64,000 bases of DNA from the human T2T-CHM13v2.0 reference genome, Homo sapiens, in NCBI RefSeq assembly GCF_009914755.1, contig NC_060947.1; one strand, given 5' to 3'. Position 1 is the first letter of the stretch. Every line of letters begins with the position of its first letter. The notes under the pieces were generated by a model that was not told where the DNA came from, did not search any database, and saw only the letters and a program-made list of their open reading frames with translations. A program made the position numbers and the translations under genes. This document shows positions 25,931 through 49,161 of this stretch, one piece after another.

Positions 25931-28900
25931 TGGAAATATCCAGTTTTCTTCTTTTTATTGTCTATATTTTTAAATTTTTATAATAATAATTTTTACTATT
26001 TCAATTAAATTTTAGAGTTGTGATAAAAAGGAGATAATAATGTATAGTTTCTAATGTATCTTTCAGCTTTACATTTTAATGATTTCAATATTTCAAATAG
26101 AAACAATTATATTACAATAGAAAAAAATGTTATAGATATTTTATATCCATAATTATAAATAAATGAGCACCCAGAGAAAGTGAAAATAAATCAAGTGTGA
26201 TGAGAGTAGCTACAGCAGTCTATGTCAAAAAGTTTATGTAAGACAAACTGAGGAGCATCATGCTATTGCAAAGTTTTATTTCTTTATGCTTGGCAAAATG
26301 AGGCCAACGACTTGATATTTAGTTTTAGACTTGTTTTCACAGGCATTGAGCATCAGTAGATTACGGCTGGCCAGGATGGGCTAGGAACCAGGAATCTGAG
26401 CAAAAAAATAGAATCTGGGCTGTACCACAGCGGTTGCATAGTTTGTACTCTGCACAGTGTTGCCTAGAGGTACAAGTGGGGGTTGAAATTAAGCTTATAC
26501 TCTGCTTGCTAAGCAGGATACCCGAGGGAGGGCAACTTTTTCTAATTTATCTGCCCAGAGAGTGTGCCTTTTTCTAATTTGTCCACAGAGGCAGTAGATA
26601 CTAGTTTTCTCTCAGGTTAATAACCAATGACTCCAAACACCTTTATATCCAATAAGACTGTAAAATTGTTAAAAATTATAATGCTAGTTTAAAAAAAAAA
26701 CATTTTTCAATGTTTATAGAATTAAAGCATAATTGCCATTCAACAGGCCCAGCAAATGATCAAAGACTAGCAGGCTCTCACCTGTAAATTACCTGCTAAA
26801 AGCGACCATTAGACATGGAAAATGGATTCATATGAAAAAGTAAATTAAAAATAAAATTGATAAGAGGCAGTTGCTTTTATGGTATTTCTACAAAGGAAAA
26901 AACCCATAAAAGCATCTCTCCTGCACCTGTATAACAAACACTTTAATAGAAATAATATAAAAGTATAGCCAGAACCCTGAAACCCAAGCACCACGGTAGC
27001 ATTTTAAATATACTTTGGAAAATTACTGCTATAACTTATACTATTAAAATATTAAAAGTGATAACAATGAAATTTACAGTACGCTTTCAATATAATAAGC
27101 CTGCAAATATAGAGTAAGTATAATTCCTATAAAATCTACCCTTTAAAACATATGTTGAAATCAGATGTAATTGTATTAATGAGGCACGTCCCATGAGCAA
27201 AATAATTTTGTTCCCTGAATACATTAATATGCCCTTTTTTTTCCTGTATTTATTTCTCTTTATTCTTTAAGGGTGAGATAGAACTGGAGTCCTTAAATGG
27301 AAATTTATCATGCAACTCAGCTGTATTCACATTTCTAGTGAGGAAGCTTATTTAACAATTTCTTAGAAGATGTCTCTTGGGTTTAGCTGTAGGCAGGAAA
27401 TGATGTATAATTAGTGCTTTTATGTGGAATTAACAAACAATCTTGTTAGTTCATTACTTTTTAATATTTGCGTCAGTCTTCTAAAGCAGATTAAGAGCAA
27501 CTGTAATTTCCATATGCAAGATTTGGTAACTATAAAGCTCAGAAAATGTTCACTTAAATCAAAACCATGCTACAGTACTGTGTCTTCAATTTATTTTCTC
27601 CTCACATTCCCTTTGAGTCTACCCACACCCTCGACAACATAGATTTTGGCAAATTTTATTTTAAATGAACGAAACTGGCAATTTGATTTGGCCTACCCTG
27701 CTCACTAATAAAATGGAACAAAATTTAATCAATATTTTGTCTTGTCACTGATTCTCATGGAAAATAAATATTCATGATTTCTTATTTTTTCTAACATAAT
27801 GAAAGAATGTTATAAATAAGACCTTTTAAAGTTAAAATTGGTTAGTTCCAAAATACTGGCTTCGAGGAAGCTATGGTAAAAGATGATGATAACAACTATG
27901 GAAATAGCTAACTTAAACAACACGGATATATTGTATTTACATTTTTAAAAATATTTCCTAGACAAAACTACCCGCATGCTACTTAAGTTGCATTTTCTAC
28001 ACACCCTTGCTACATAGTACATGTATTTTTAAACTGTTTTGGGTCTATTAGATGAATCTTAGTATACACACAGATGCATTCAAAGAACAGAAGAAAAACA
28101 CTGGCTAAGGGATTGGGGGAAAAAAAGAACAACATATAGTAAGGTAGGAAAGATAGGCTAGTTCAGACTGTTGAAAGACTTGTGGGCATACAAACGGGAT
28201 TTCATTCTAAGTGCAATTCCAAAGGTATAGTTGTAGGAACAGCCTTTACTTACCTTATTATTTAGAACCAAGCCTGAGTGATGTCCCTATGTGTGAATAG
28301 TAAAGCCATGTGAATTCTCTTCTAAGTCTCCACGTACAGCCCACATTATAAACACGGTACAGTGTGGCTTTCTAGTCTTATATATTATTTGACCACTAAA
28401 TGGAAACTACCCAATACATTTTATTTGAAATGTTACAACAAATATATAAATTCTAAAAATTGAATATACTAATATTGTTCATTGTACCCTTACAAATACT
28501 AAAAACAAACATTTATTTGATCATTACAATTGTTTCTCTCTGAAATAGGACACTAAAAACATAAAAAATATATATATACTGAAACTCAGAGAGACTCTCT
28601 GGATTCATAATCAAGCATCTCCAGTATCTGTATAGACTATCCACCCATCCGTCACCAGATTGTTCGGCTACCAACATAAAATCACATCTTAGGTTGAGAT
28701 CATTGTAAAATGAAGCATGTAGGCCTTATTTAATTTCGAGATGCTAGAAAGCAAAATTTTCCCTTGCTCTATGTATTTTATTCTTCAAAATTATACATGC
28801 AGGTGGCCTAATATTTCTCTCATTAAATACTCTTTTGTTGATTTTAGCCCATTATTACAGTCAATGCTACTTGAAAAATGTTCACTCCAAGGAAGTAACA

Positions 28901-29638
28901 TACTTTTATCCTTATATCAAGTTAAGGCATGAAGTTTAAATATTTTTTGAAAATCACTGATAACAGGAAATGTGGAATTGGTTTAATGCAGAGCCCTAAC
29001 ACATTCTCCTAGAGAAATTCTTCAATTAATCAGTATTATCAGTATCTGGCCATTTAATTGGCTATGAATGCACTCAATTGCACAATAGTTATTTTCCCAT
29101 AAATGGGTCATGAAATATCTTGCTCAAATACATTTATTATTCATCCTATGAATATGGCATTTCCTCTTTAAAAAATTGTATTTAAATTTTCACTCAGAAT
29201 AATGATTAATGTCTTGCAGAGGAGAAGGAAAAGCCTTCATATTTCTATAATTATCTCCTTAGGCTACGTACATGCCTGTGTATTACAGAAGAGGAAAGTG
29301 CATACATTAAAATTGCAATATTAATTGACAAGGTCTTATGTGAGCAGAAAGTAAGCATGAATATAAAATGTTAGGCACTAAGAAATAAACTAGTCCAAAT
29401 AACTTGTGTTGTATTTGAGGAAAGTAATGTTTACACAGGTCAGGAACTCAGGCTTTCAGGCTTTCTAACTCACATTCCAGAGTCCTTTCACCTCAGGATG
29501 ATTTCAGAGAAGAGAAAAGGTAAGATATCCTAGGGTATCAATGCAGACACTATCACCTGCCCACTGCTGAACTAGATGCTAAAGAAGATAGAACATTATA
29601 AGAAAGAATACTTGCCTCAAAAAAGTTTACAATACAGC

Positions 29639-30528
29639 TGTTGACAAAAAGAGACAAACTCTGTAAAACGTTTCAAGAGATTTATTCTGAGCCAAATGTG
29701 AGGACCATGACCAGTGACACATCCCCAGGAGGTCCTAAGAACATGTTCCCAAGGTGACTGGGTTACAGCTTAGTTTCATACATCTTAGGAAGACATAAAG
29801 CATCAATCAGTACATGTGAGATATACATTGGTTTGATCCCAAGAGGTGAGACAACTCAAAGCAGGGGATCAAAGGTCATAGGTGGATTCAAAGATTCCCT
29901 GATTGGCAATTGGTTGAAAGAGATAAATTATTATCTAAAGATCTGCAATCAATAGAAAGAAGAGTCTGGGTTAAGATACCATATGGGTTGTACAGACCAA
30001 GGTTCTTATTATGTAGATGAAGTGTCATACGCGGCCACCCTTAGAGACAATAGATGGCAAATGTTTCCCATTGAGACCTTTAAAAAGTGTGACTCTCAGC
30101 TAGTCTCTTCAGGCTCAGAAAGACCTGGAAATGGAAGAAGATTCTCTATATAATGTAAATTCTTCCCCCAAAAGAAACACCTCTGCCGGGTTATTTCAAA
30201 GTATGTCAAAAATATATTTTATGGTAAAATACTTCAATTTCCCTCACGGCCTGCTATATGTCATGTGATGCTATACTAGAGTCAAATTGGTATTTGGTAT
30301 CTTATTGCTACAAAGAGTCTATTCTATCAGTCTTAAGATCTCTGTTTTAATGTTAATGCTGGTCAGTTGTGCCTGAATTCTAAAGGGAGGAGAATATAAT
30401 GAGGCATGTTCAACCTCCACTTCCCATCATGGCCTGAACTAGTTTTTCAGGTTTTATTGGAATCCCTGGGTGAGACGAAGGATTAATACAGTCAGTTGGA
30501 GGGCTTAGAATTTTATTTCTGGTTTACA
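29639..30528 (-). mobile_element. ERV1 solo LTR, MER4 group (MER4D-like)
   Basis: tgttgacaaaaagag..tttattctgagccaaatgtgag..gggcttagaattttatttctggtttaca; ~890 bp. Confidence 0.8.
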
Positions 30529-31804
30529 CCATGCTATTGCAACACAATAGAAAACAGTGACAATGCTGTGTCTATAATAGTACTAACACTGATGTCATTA
30601 TTTTTTTCAAAGTACATTTTTCTGTTGAGAAAAGTGCAGGTTTTAAAGTCATACACCACAATCTGCATAGCAATAAGTCAACTTATATTTAAGTGTACTC
30701 AACTACATATTGTCTTAACAAACTGGATTCACAAGGCTATGCCCTTCAGAATTTAGAGTAGAATATTCTAATCATACAGAGTAAGAGAGAGTGAAAGAGT
30801 ACCAGGGTATAGATGAAGTACACACTCTTTGACCTCGGGGTCTTTTACATGTCTTTATTTTCTTCTATAGCTTTTATTAGACAATTTAAAGTATAATGCA
30901 AAAATTGTTCCCTCTCCTCTGCCAGTGTGCCCTTAAATATTCATATTTCCCATTCTGTCAATAAAGGTGATGGACAATGTGACCACCTGCTCAAGAGATG
31001 TAATGAAAAGTTGAAATGATATCTTTATACCTTAACTTACAGACATCTTTAATAACAAATGGACCAAATATTTCTCCAAATTAACTTTCTCTAGGGAAAC
31101 AGAAATCTTCACAAACTAAATATTCCTTCAATGAATGATCCTGTCCACTGAACCAATCCATCTTATGGTATTTTCTTTCCTCTGCCTTTTTTTTATCACT
31201 TCCTGCAATTTAAACATTTCTAACCTTTCTCTGAGCAGCACATACATTATTTATGTTCACGTAGGACAGCTGCTTTCCTAAATATACATAAGTTCTGTTG
31301 TAATTTCTGAGAAGTGCTACTATCCTCCACATTTTCTGAAGAGATGTATCAGAGCATGTGACCATTGCTACTCAGGGATTGTGAGTTTCCAATATTTTGC
31401 CAGTAGCTGATACACTTATCCCAGAATTTCTGAGAATCTTGTATACTGGAAAGTTTGGAAACTTCAAGCACCTGAGTCTTGAAATTATTAGAATTCAGGT
31501 TTCACTATCTTCAATAACTATCAAGCAAAGATCCACTAGTATAAGAAACAGAGGATTTATGAGCGAGAAATCAACAATGCAAAGGAGACTATTTGCTTTC
31601 CTTTTCCTGGATGAGACTTTAGAATTGAGAAATCATTACAACTAGAATTATTAATGCTACCTTCAGAAACACATTATTATTGGGAGACACTTCCTACTAA
31701 TATTAGAACCAACCATATGAAATTGTTGATTCAGTCATTTTGACAGATAAAAATGGCAATTTCACATGGCTGAACACAATAAGTTTTTAAAAAGTGTCAC
31801 GTTT

Positions 31805-31975
31805 TACTTTTTAAATTGAGATACGATTCATATACCATAAAATGCCCCCTTGTAACTCATATTACTCAGTAATTTTTAATACATTCACAAGATTGCGTGG
31901 TCATCACTACCGTCTAATTTTATAACATTTTAATTGTCCCCAAATGCAACCCATACCCATTAGTACCCCACACCT
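31805..31975 (-). mobile_element. L1MB/ME 3' end fragment
   Basis: ttttaaattgagatacgattcatataccataaaat..attcacaagattg. Confidence 0.55.
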
Positions 31976-32698
31976 TCATTGATTTTTGCATTTGTTTATG
32001 AAAAGTTCTTGAGTGCAATACAGGTGAGGTAGCAGAAATACTTAGAATATAAGGAAGTATATAGTAAATTATGTAAGATGATCAGACAGTTATGAGAGTT
32101 AAATGTATGCCAAACCAATTTTAATGTACTTACCAATTCTAGTATAGGTAGTCAGAAAAGAATTTGTGGAAATGACTTATGTTTAAATAGGACATTGAAA
32201 TATCAGTAGAATTTCACCAGATGGAGATAAGGATTTGCTAAAGTAAAAAATACATGGAATTTACCATCAGACAGTTCAGAGTTTATGCTTGATCATTTGC
32301 TAGTTGTGCGACTTTACATAATGTTCTTAATCTCAATTGTTTATATTTTTACTGAAAGAAAAAGCATGATCAAAACTGGTATATATCAAAATAGTATGAA
32401 AACACCACCATCTAGCCCTCTGAGTCATGGATTCCTCTCTCTATCCTTGTACATTACAGTCTGGCAAATTTTAATAACCAGATTGGGGTTTGAGGATTGG
32501 TAGAGGGAGTAACCTTGATATGTAGCATTTGGCAATTCTTGTGTTACAAATCATAGTCCCATTATAGCCTACTTTAAACAACTGTTTAACAACTGGCTTA
32601 TATATTTTTTGTAATTTAAAAAGTCAGTTCTTATGAGCCAAGCCAATGTGAACTGCTCCAATACACTACTTGCAGTGCAAAAGAGACTAGTACCTTCA

Positions 32699-33037
<339 letters not shown>

Positions 33038-34479
33038 TTAAATGTTTTATATTACGATAAAATTCTCAGTGAATTATTGTATCTGTATTTAAAACTGACT
33101 TAGTGATATTTTAGAAATATTATGTTACTAGATGAGTTGGGAACACATTATTATTTGTCTTATTACAAATAATGAAATACAGCATTCAACTTTTAAAAAA
33201 TTTACTCTCCACTGTACTTGCAGAAGAGTTCAGTTTCAGCTAATTAAGAATACCTACAGTGTAAAAATAAGCTTGAATCTGAGTCACAGAGTGTCATCCC
33301 TGCGTGGGTCACAAGATCATCTAATATAGTGGTTTCAAACTATGATGAGTCTTATACAATATACAATGTAAATACACTTCTTACTGTGGGTCTCAGTCAA
33401 AAACAATTTGAAGAATCACTGATCTAAATCAAATAAGGGGATGGACACTTGGAGAGAAGAAGTGATTAGCCAAAGCTTTCACAGCAGTTAGGGGCAGAGC
33501 TGGCGTTAAAACCCTCAGTAATTTTTTGTTCACACCTCTTTCCCATACACTATTATTTAACATCTCATGTATCATATCAGTTTGTGAAATATGTGAAAAA
33601 AAAGCACAAATGTGAGCTACTCAGTTAAAATAACATTTCAGTGAAATATTTATTTTTACATTATTTTCTTCTCTTTTTTTCCCTGCTCTCTATTATTAGA
33701 TTTCACTTTAGTGTATTTCAATTCATGTTCGTACGGTTTCCATGATGAAAATCATCACTGATCTATGTTGAGATAAGGTTATTTTTGGGATAGAAAGCAT
33801 TTTCAATCAATATTGAGCCATTCATTTGGTTCCTATTGAATGTACTCCTTTCTGTTTTCAGTAATTTTTTGCTCTAGAAGCTGGGAGACTGGACTGCTTT
33901 CATGACTGTGGTTCTGAGGACTTGAGTACAGCTAGTTCCATGACTGGAATACTAACGGAAATACTCTTAAGCCTAGGCTACATGCCAGTTTTTTGTTTTT
34001 TTTTTAAAGGGCCAGCTGCACCATTTTTTATCTATTTCACACTGGATAACATTGTGTCATATTAAAACAAATCACACATTAAAATGTAAATAACATAATT
34101 TCACTATAATCTCTATGCTTTTTTGCTCTGCGAAAATCTCAATAGTAGGGATTTCCTCCGCTTTTGATTTTGTCTTCCCCTTTTATACATTTTTGTCTAT
34201 CTCATTTTCTCTTTGTTTTTGAAGTACACACACAGAAACACACGTTTTTGTATATGCAATTCGTACTGAATAATTTATTGTGAGTTTTTAATATGCAGCT
34301 TATCCATCCTTTGTCTTTCTCCCTCAAAGTATATGAAGGTTTAGGCTGTCAGATACTGATTTTATTCTAGTTTTGTATATATCTAAAATACTACAGGAGA
34401 ATAAGACCATTTTGACAACTTTGTCTATCAGGGTTACAACAACTTACAAAGACAGAATTTTTTAAAAGGCATTAAAACT

Positions 34480-40260
<5,781 letters not shown>

Positions 40261-40419
40261 CTGACACTTTGATTTCAGCCTTTGTGAGAACCTGAGAAAA
40301 GGGAGCCATCTAAGCCATGCCCCAAATTCTGAACTCCAGAACTATGTGATAATAAGGAAATGCGTTTTAAGCCACTATGTTTGTCATAATTTCTTATGTA
40401 GAAATAAAATGCTAATACA
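40261..40419 (+). mobile_element. MLT1-type LTR 3' fragment
   Basis: ctgacactttgatttcagcc..ttttaagccact..gctaataca. Confidence 0.6.
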
Positions 40420-40502
40420 ACAAGATCAGGTATTTTGAAGTCTCAGTTTTCTCTCAAGTCTCTTGAGGCCACTTACAATGCAGTTCAACTTACCTGAATC
40501 TG

Positions 40503-40552
40503 TATATATATATATATATATACACATATATATACACACACACATGCACACA
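40503..40552. repeat. (TA)n/(CA)n microsatellite
   Basis: Directly visible in sequence. Confidence 0.9.
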
Positions 40553-41169
40553 CTAGCCTCAGTGTGTATGTTGATATAATTTACATAGACTGCTTTAAAA
40601 TGAAAACTGCTTCCTGCCTATATTCAAAGTTTTTGTTGTTTTTAAAGATGAAGCCGGTCTATCCTGGCTAATACCAGATGTGATAAGATAATTGTGAAAT
40701 TTTCTCTGTTCATTGGGTAACTAGGAAAAATATACACATATAAAAATATTTAAAGAGAATGTACAAAAAATATTAGTAGTAACTGCATTTGGATAATGGG
40801 ATAGTGTCTGACTGCTTTCTTCTTTCTGTTTATGCTAATATTTTAATAATAAGTGATTCTTTTATGATAAAAAGCATTATTTAAACTACAAAGACAACTA
40901 AAAAGAGTCTTAATCATTGACTTTCATAAACATCATTACTTCTTAATGTTGTTTAGATGCAACATGTCCATTATTGGATGGTTATATTATTCTTATGTTA
41001 CATGACAGAATATTTAGGTGAAATTGAGGCTTCAAATCCCAATATAGTGTTTTTAAATTCGCAATCTTAGATTGTTTTTTGGAACATATTTTTTCCTATG
41101 CCTAAATTTTTCATACTTCCTCAACTTTATCATCGAATATTAAAAGATATTTTTTCATGAAAGTAGACA

Positions 41170-41990
41170 TACAAATGTCCACCAGAAATATAAAAAATAA
41201 CATCACTAACCGTTAGGAAAATGCAAATTAAAACCACAATGAGATATTACCTCACACATGTCAGAATGGCTACGAAAAAGATGAATGATAAGTGTTGGTG
41301 AGTATGTAGAGAAGAGGGAACACTTAAACACTGCTAGCTAATGGGAATGTAAATTAATACAGCCATTAAAGAAAAGCATACAGAGCTTCCCCAAAAGCCT
41401 AAAAATAGAGTTATACAATCTCACAATCCCAATTCCAGGCATACATTGAAATCTTTTGAAATCAGTTTGCCAAAGAGATATCTACATTTTCATATTCATT
41501 GCAGCATTATTCACAATAGCTAAGTTATAGAATCAACCTAATTGTCCATTGATAAATGAATGGATAAAAACGATGTGATATGGAGTACACAATGGAGTAC
41601 TACTCAGCCTGAAAAAAGAAGAAAATTCTGTCATTTGAAAAAGCATGGATGACCCTAGAGGACATTACGCTAAGTGAAATAAGCCGGGCACAGAAAGACA
41701 AATACCACATTTTCTCACTTATATGTGGAATCTAATACAATTAAACTCATAGAAGCAGAGAGTAGGACTGTTACCAGAGGCTAGGGCATTAGTGAAATGA
41801 GGAGATATTAGTTAGACAGTAAAAAGTTTCAGTTAGACAGAGGAAATAAATGATGAGCATTTGAGGTGACAAATATGTTAATTAGCTTTATTCCATCATT
41901 CCACATTATATACATATATCGTAACCTCATTTTACCCCATAAATACATACAATTATAATTTGTCAATTCATTATATTATAAAAATATTCA
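41170..41990 (+). mobile_element. L1MA (older) 3' end fragment
   Basis: aaatgcaaattaaaaccacaatgagata..ataagccgggcacagaaagacaaatacc..ccccataaatacatacaattataatttgtcaat. Confidence 0.75.
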
Positions 41991-44559
41991 AAAATTTTTC
42001 TAAATATTCTTTAGGAAATTGATTTATACCAAAAATATATTTTAAATAAACTGCCATGACCCTTAATTGTATTTTAAGTCTAGATGAGGGTAAAAGAGGA
42101 AAGTTATGACTACAAATTTCAATAATAAGCTAGTTGTTGCGTGTGATAAGTTGCACTGGTCATGCAATATACATCTACATAAAAGTAATCCTAAAAATTA
42201 GTACATTTAATTTAGTGGGGAGGAGCAATATATGATATGATGGAATATCACTGGGTCATTATGCTAAATTTAAATTGTCTTATTCTAAAACTATTGATAA
42301 GGCTATAGAAGGGGAAAAAAGATAGACTGAATTCTTTTTGATTCCACACCATTCTTCTGGAAGCATTTTGTGGATAAACCCCTATAATTAGCATATTTTA
42401 AAATGTGTCCGTTTCTGCAAAAATTGAAGAATCACTAGGGGGATGTTTTATTGAGGGATCTGGTTATGTGGGTTTCCAATTATTTTAGCTGTTTCTGCAT
42501 TGGAATATTTATTTTTTAGGTTTGTGATTCCAAACACAAATTTTTATTTATTTCGTTAAGATGGTATTTCAGCTGGAACAGGAATGTTCTGAATACAGAG
42601 GGCATCCTTTTCAATTTTCATTGCAACAACTGTGTATCTACTCATTCATTTTCTACATATTTTGTACTTTACCCAGCAAATTATATTTTGCGTCCTATAA
42701 TGACCAGTGATACTTTTAAAATATGTATAATTTTCAGGTTTGCTATCAGTATATTATATTGTATTTTATAGTTCAAAATGTCTGTATACAGAAGAGTTTC
42801 ACATGGAGTCACATTTTAAAAAGCTCTATGATGAGAAAAATGTTGAAAGTAGATGAATCTCATACTTGAGACAGAATAATTCATGAACAGATAGTTTTTA
42901 AAAACCTAAACATATTTTGAGAAATTCTATGTGTGGGTATTAGTAGATATTATCAGAGATTTTCTCAAATCAACTAGCAGACATAATCACTACTTCTCTA
43001 GGTATTAGCCTTTATAGAAAGACTAGAGGGTACAACATCAAATACGCAACAGAAACTTTATGTTAAGTAATTTTACATTTTTGCTACTACATGTAACTTA
43101 TCACATGTGGCAATTTTTTGTTCCTTAACTAGATGGTCTGTTATGTAAGTAGCTGTGAATGAGGAAACTTCATATGCATGAATCATGTCGAGCTTATACA
43201 TCATAGTATAGTACTAAGTACAGTTTTTTTGTACATAATAAAGAGATAAATATGTTTTTATTGATTGAAAAAACCACTTATTGGTTCTATCTGATCCTTC
43301 TGATTATATGTAAAGTATAAAAAAGTGTGTGTTATTTTTGACACCTGCTTACAGTACTAAAGGTACTGAAGCAGACTGTAATATCAATAGTGAGATCTAT
43401 GGACAATGTAATGTTAAAATAGGTACTCATTCTATACAATAAGATTTTACTTAATGGTTTTATTTCTTTTTATAATGTGCTTTGATTAATGTTAACTGGC
43501 GACTTACTAGCTATAGATTGGGATTTGTCAAATTTAGGTTATTTTTCGTAAATAAATCTTCTTTATGTCAATGGTTAACAGAACTGGATTAAACAAAAAT
43601 AGGAATAAAGAAAAATTAAAATAAGCATAATGATTATGACTATGATATGTGCTGCTAGAAAACACAAATAGTTGTAACAGCCATAGACAATCCTAATTTT
43701 TGTATGCATGGCAGAAATGCTGAATAGAGAGCTTATTTACTCAGCAAGGTTTTGGACTATAAAAATAATAGTTATAAGTAGCCCTACTAACATATATTAG
43801 CATAGCATTTGTACTAAAAATAGCCAGAGAAAATGGTTATGTTTGAAAATCTATTGTGAAATCAATAAAACTACTGGCTTTTTTTCTGGAGTTAGAGGGG
43901 GTGGAAAGCAAGAAGGGGAGCTTGCCTGATCTGCCGATACTGAAACTCAATCTACCTTATCTCTTGTAACAATAATTTATTTGATTTGGGGCTAGAGAAT
44001 ATCACTTAATGAGATGAGAACACAGAATAGAGTAAATTTAATTGCTGTGTATGCCACAACTGTGCTGTGTAAATAAGGAAATAAAATTCAACATCATAAA
44101 AAAAGCCACTCCAATCCCTTCAGATTAAGTAATAAATTTAAAAAGTACTTAAGTAATGCCCAAATTTCATGTTATCCTCACAGTGCCAAGCCAGACATTG
44201 CCATGTTAGCCAAATTTGTGTATAATAGAAGAAGTCTTAACACTGTCATTATGAAAGGATAGATTACATTTTTACTATCACCTCTAATTAGTTTTGTAGT
44301 TGTTCAGAGCCAATTTAATCTCTTTGATCCTCCTTAGGCAACAGGTAAACAGACTGATTTGAAAGTGGATTAGAATTAGAATCCTTTTCTCTCTTGATTT
44401 AGCAAAGTATTTTACTAAATTACATTTAGAATTATCTCCCCAAGGTAGATGGATTTCTGTGTGTAAATTAATAGCAGGAATCAAACTGAAAATTTTAGCC
44501 AAACTTAAGTACGATGAATTGAAAGAGGGAAAATATTACAAGTATTACTTTAAAAATAC

Positions 44560-44730
44560 ATTCATTTATTCATTCATTCATCAAGTATTTACAAAGTACT
44601 ACTATAAGCTAGATGTTAGACATAATGGTAAACACTTCTGATAAAGTTGCTGCCTCCACAGAGATTGCATATTTAATATAAGTAAATATATATTTAACCA
44701 ATAATATAACTTCAGGTAGTGTCAAGTGTA
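44560..44730 (-). mobile_element. L2 3' end fragment
   Basis: attcattcattcatcaagtatttac..tactataagctag. Confidence 0.5.
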
Positions 44731-44736
44731 ATGAAC

Positions 44737-45732
44737 AGTCTTATTCTGTTTTGTGTTTCTATAAAAGAATATATGAGACTAGGTACTTTATAGAGAAAAT
44801 AAGGCTTATTTAGATTATGTTTCTTCAGGCTGAGAAGGTCAAGGGCATGACTTGACTCTGGTTTCTGGTGAGGGCTCTCATGTATGTCACAACATAGTAG
44901 AAAAAGTCAAAGGGGAAGTGAGCACTTGTGAAGAGAGGAAAATCTAAGAGGCTTTGTAATTCCAGGCTTTGTAATAACCCACTCAATCAAGAATAAATGA
45001 CGAGTTAATGGGTGCAACACACCAACATGGTACATGTATACATATGTAACTAACCTGCACGTTATGCACATGTACCCTAAAACGTAAAGTATAATTAAAA
45101 AAAAAGAAAATACTTTGACAGTTTCCATTTTTATGAAATTGATGGGGGCTGAAGGTACACACATATGCAAATGATTTAATAAAGTTTGTGGAGAAGTCTA
45201 TAAAAAAAAAGAACTAATTCATTCCCATGAAGACTAGTTCAGACTTGCAAGAGAAAGAATTATTACTGGGATAACAACATCAACCATTCATGGGGGGTCT
45301 GCCGCCATAACCCAAACACCTCCCCTTAGGTTCCACCTTCCAACAGTCCCATGCTGGGGATCAAATTCCAACATGAGCTTTGATGGAGACAAGCCATACC
45401 CAAATCATAGCATTATGTCCTTTGCCCCCCAAATCTCATGTCCTTCTTACATTCAACATACAACCATTCCATCCTAATAGTCACAAAAGTATTAAATTGT
45501 TCTAGCATCAACTTAAAATTCCAAAGCCTCATCTGAGAGTCAAGGCAAGTTTCTTCCAGCTATGAGGCTGTAAAATCGAAACAAGTTACTCACTTTTAAG
45601 ATATAATGGTTGTACAGGGATTGGGTATACATTTCTATTCCAAAAGGGAGAAATTGGCCAAAACAAAAGGGTAACAGGACCTATATATTTCCAAGACCCA
45701 ACAAGGCAGACATTAAAGCTTAAAGCTCCAAA
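44737..45732 (-). mobile_element. MST-family MaLR LTR (44737-45412) plus start of internal region (45413-45732)
   Basis: LTR ends caaatcatagca; internal ccccaaatctcatgtcc..attccaaaagggagaaattggccaaaac..ttaaagctccaaa. Confidence 0.8.
44994..45210 (+). mobile_element. Heavily 5'-truncated young L1PA (PA2-PA4-like) with 3' transduction
   Basis: ~100 bp L1 3' end (actaacctgcac..ccctaaaac), A-tail, ~96 bp non-L1 sequence with AATAAA, second A-tail; aagaa on both sides. Confidence 0.82.
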
Positions 45733-46475
45733 GTGAGAGGCTGAGCAATATGGCAACATAAAAGGCTACACTGATGGTTCCCCCGCTACAAGAACACACC
45801 AGTTTAACAACTATCTACATGGATAAAAACACCTTTATAAGAAGCAAAAATTAGGTGAGCCATCATAGCACCTGGCTTAATCTTCATATGATTGAAAGGG
45901 GCGTGGAAGAGATAGAAAAAAAAAAAAAGGCCTGAATTGCTGATGCCACTCCTCCCCCAGTACAGGCAACAGCTGAATGGTACACAGGGCTTCTCTGGGT
46001 GCTGGGAGAGGAAAAACACAGCAATTGTGAGGCACTGAACTCAGCGCTGTCCTGTTAGAGCAGAAAGGGAAACCCAGCCAAACTCAGCTGATGTCCATCC
46101 ACTAAGGGAGCATTTAAACCAATGCTAGCCAGCATAGAATCGCTGACCCCAGTGGTCAGAACTTATGTTCCTGCAAAACTTGCCACCCTGGGCTATGGTG
46201 CTTCTTGTCTCTAAATGAACTTGAAAGGTAGTCTAGGCCATAAGGACTTCAACACTTAGGTGAGTCCTAGTGCTGAACTAGGCCCAGAGACAATAGACAG
46301 GGACAGCATGTGACACATTGAGACACCAGTCAGGGCAGCGAAGGGAGTGCTGGCATCACTCCTCTCCTAACCCTACGCTGCACAGCTCATGGCTTGAAAA
46401 GAAACCCATCCCTTTAGGTTGCAAAGAGGAGAGAAAAGAGTGAGAAGGGCGTTTTTAAAATTATTTAAATTTTTG

Positions 46476-49143
<2,668 letters not shown>

Positions 49144-49161
49144 AAATTATTTAAATTTTTG

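Noticed and set aside
26415-26610. Possible MER91-like hAT remnant with repeated tttttctaattt
   Set aside because: Too degenerate to call confidently without alignment
43814-43823. Perfect MEF2 site CTAAAAATAG
   Set aside because: The motif is frequent by chance in AT-rich DNA and also occurs in L1 3' ends; no supporting context
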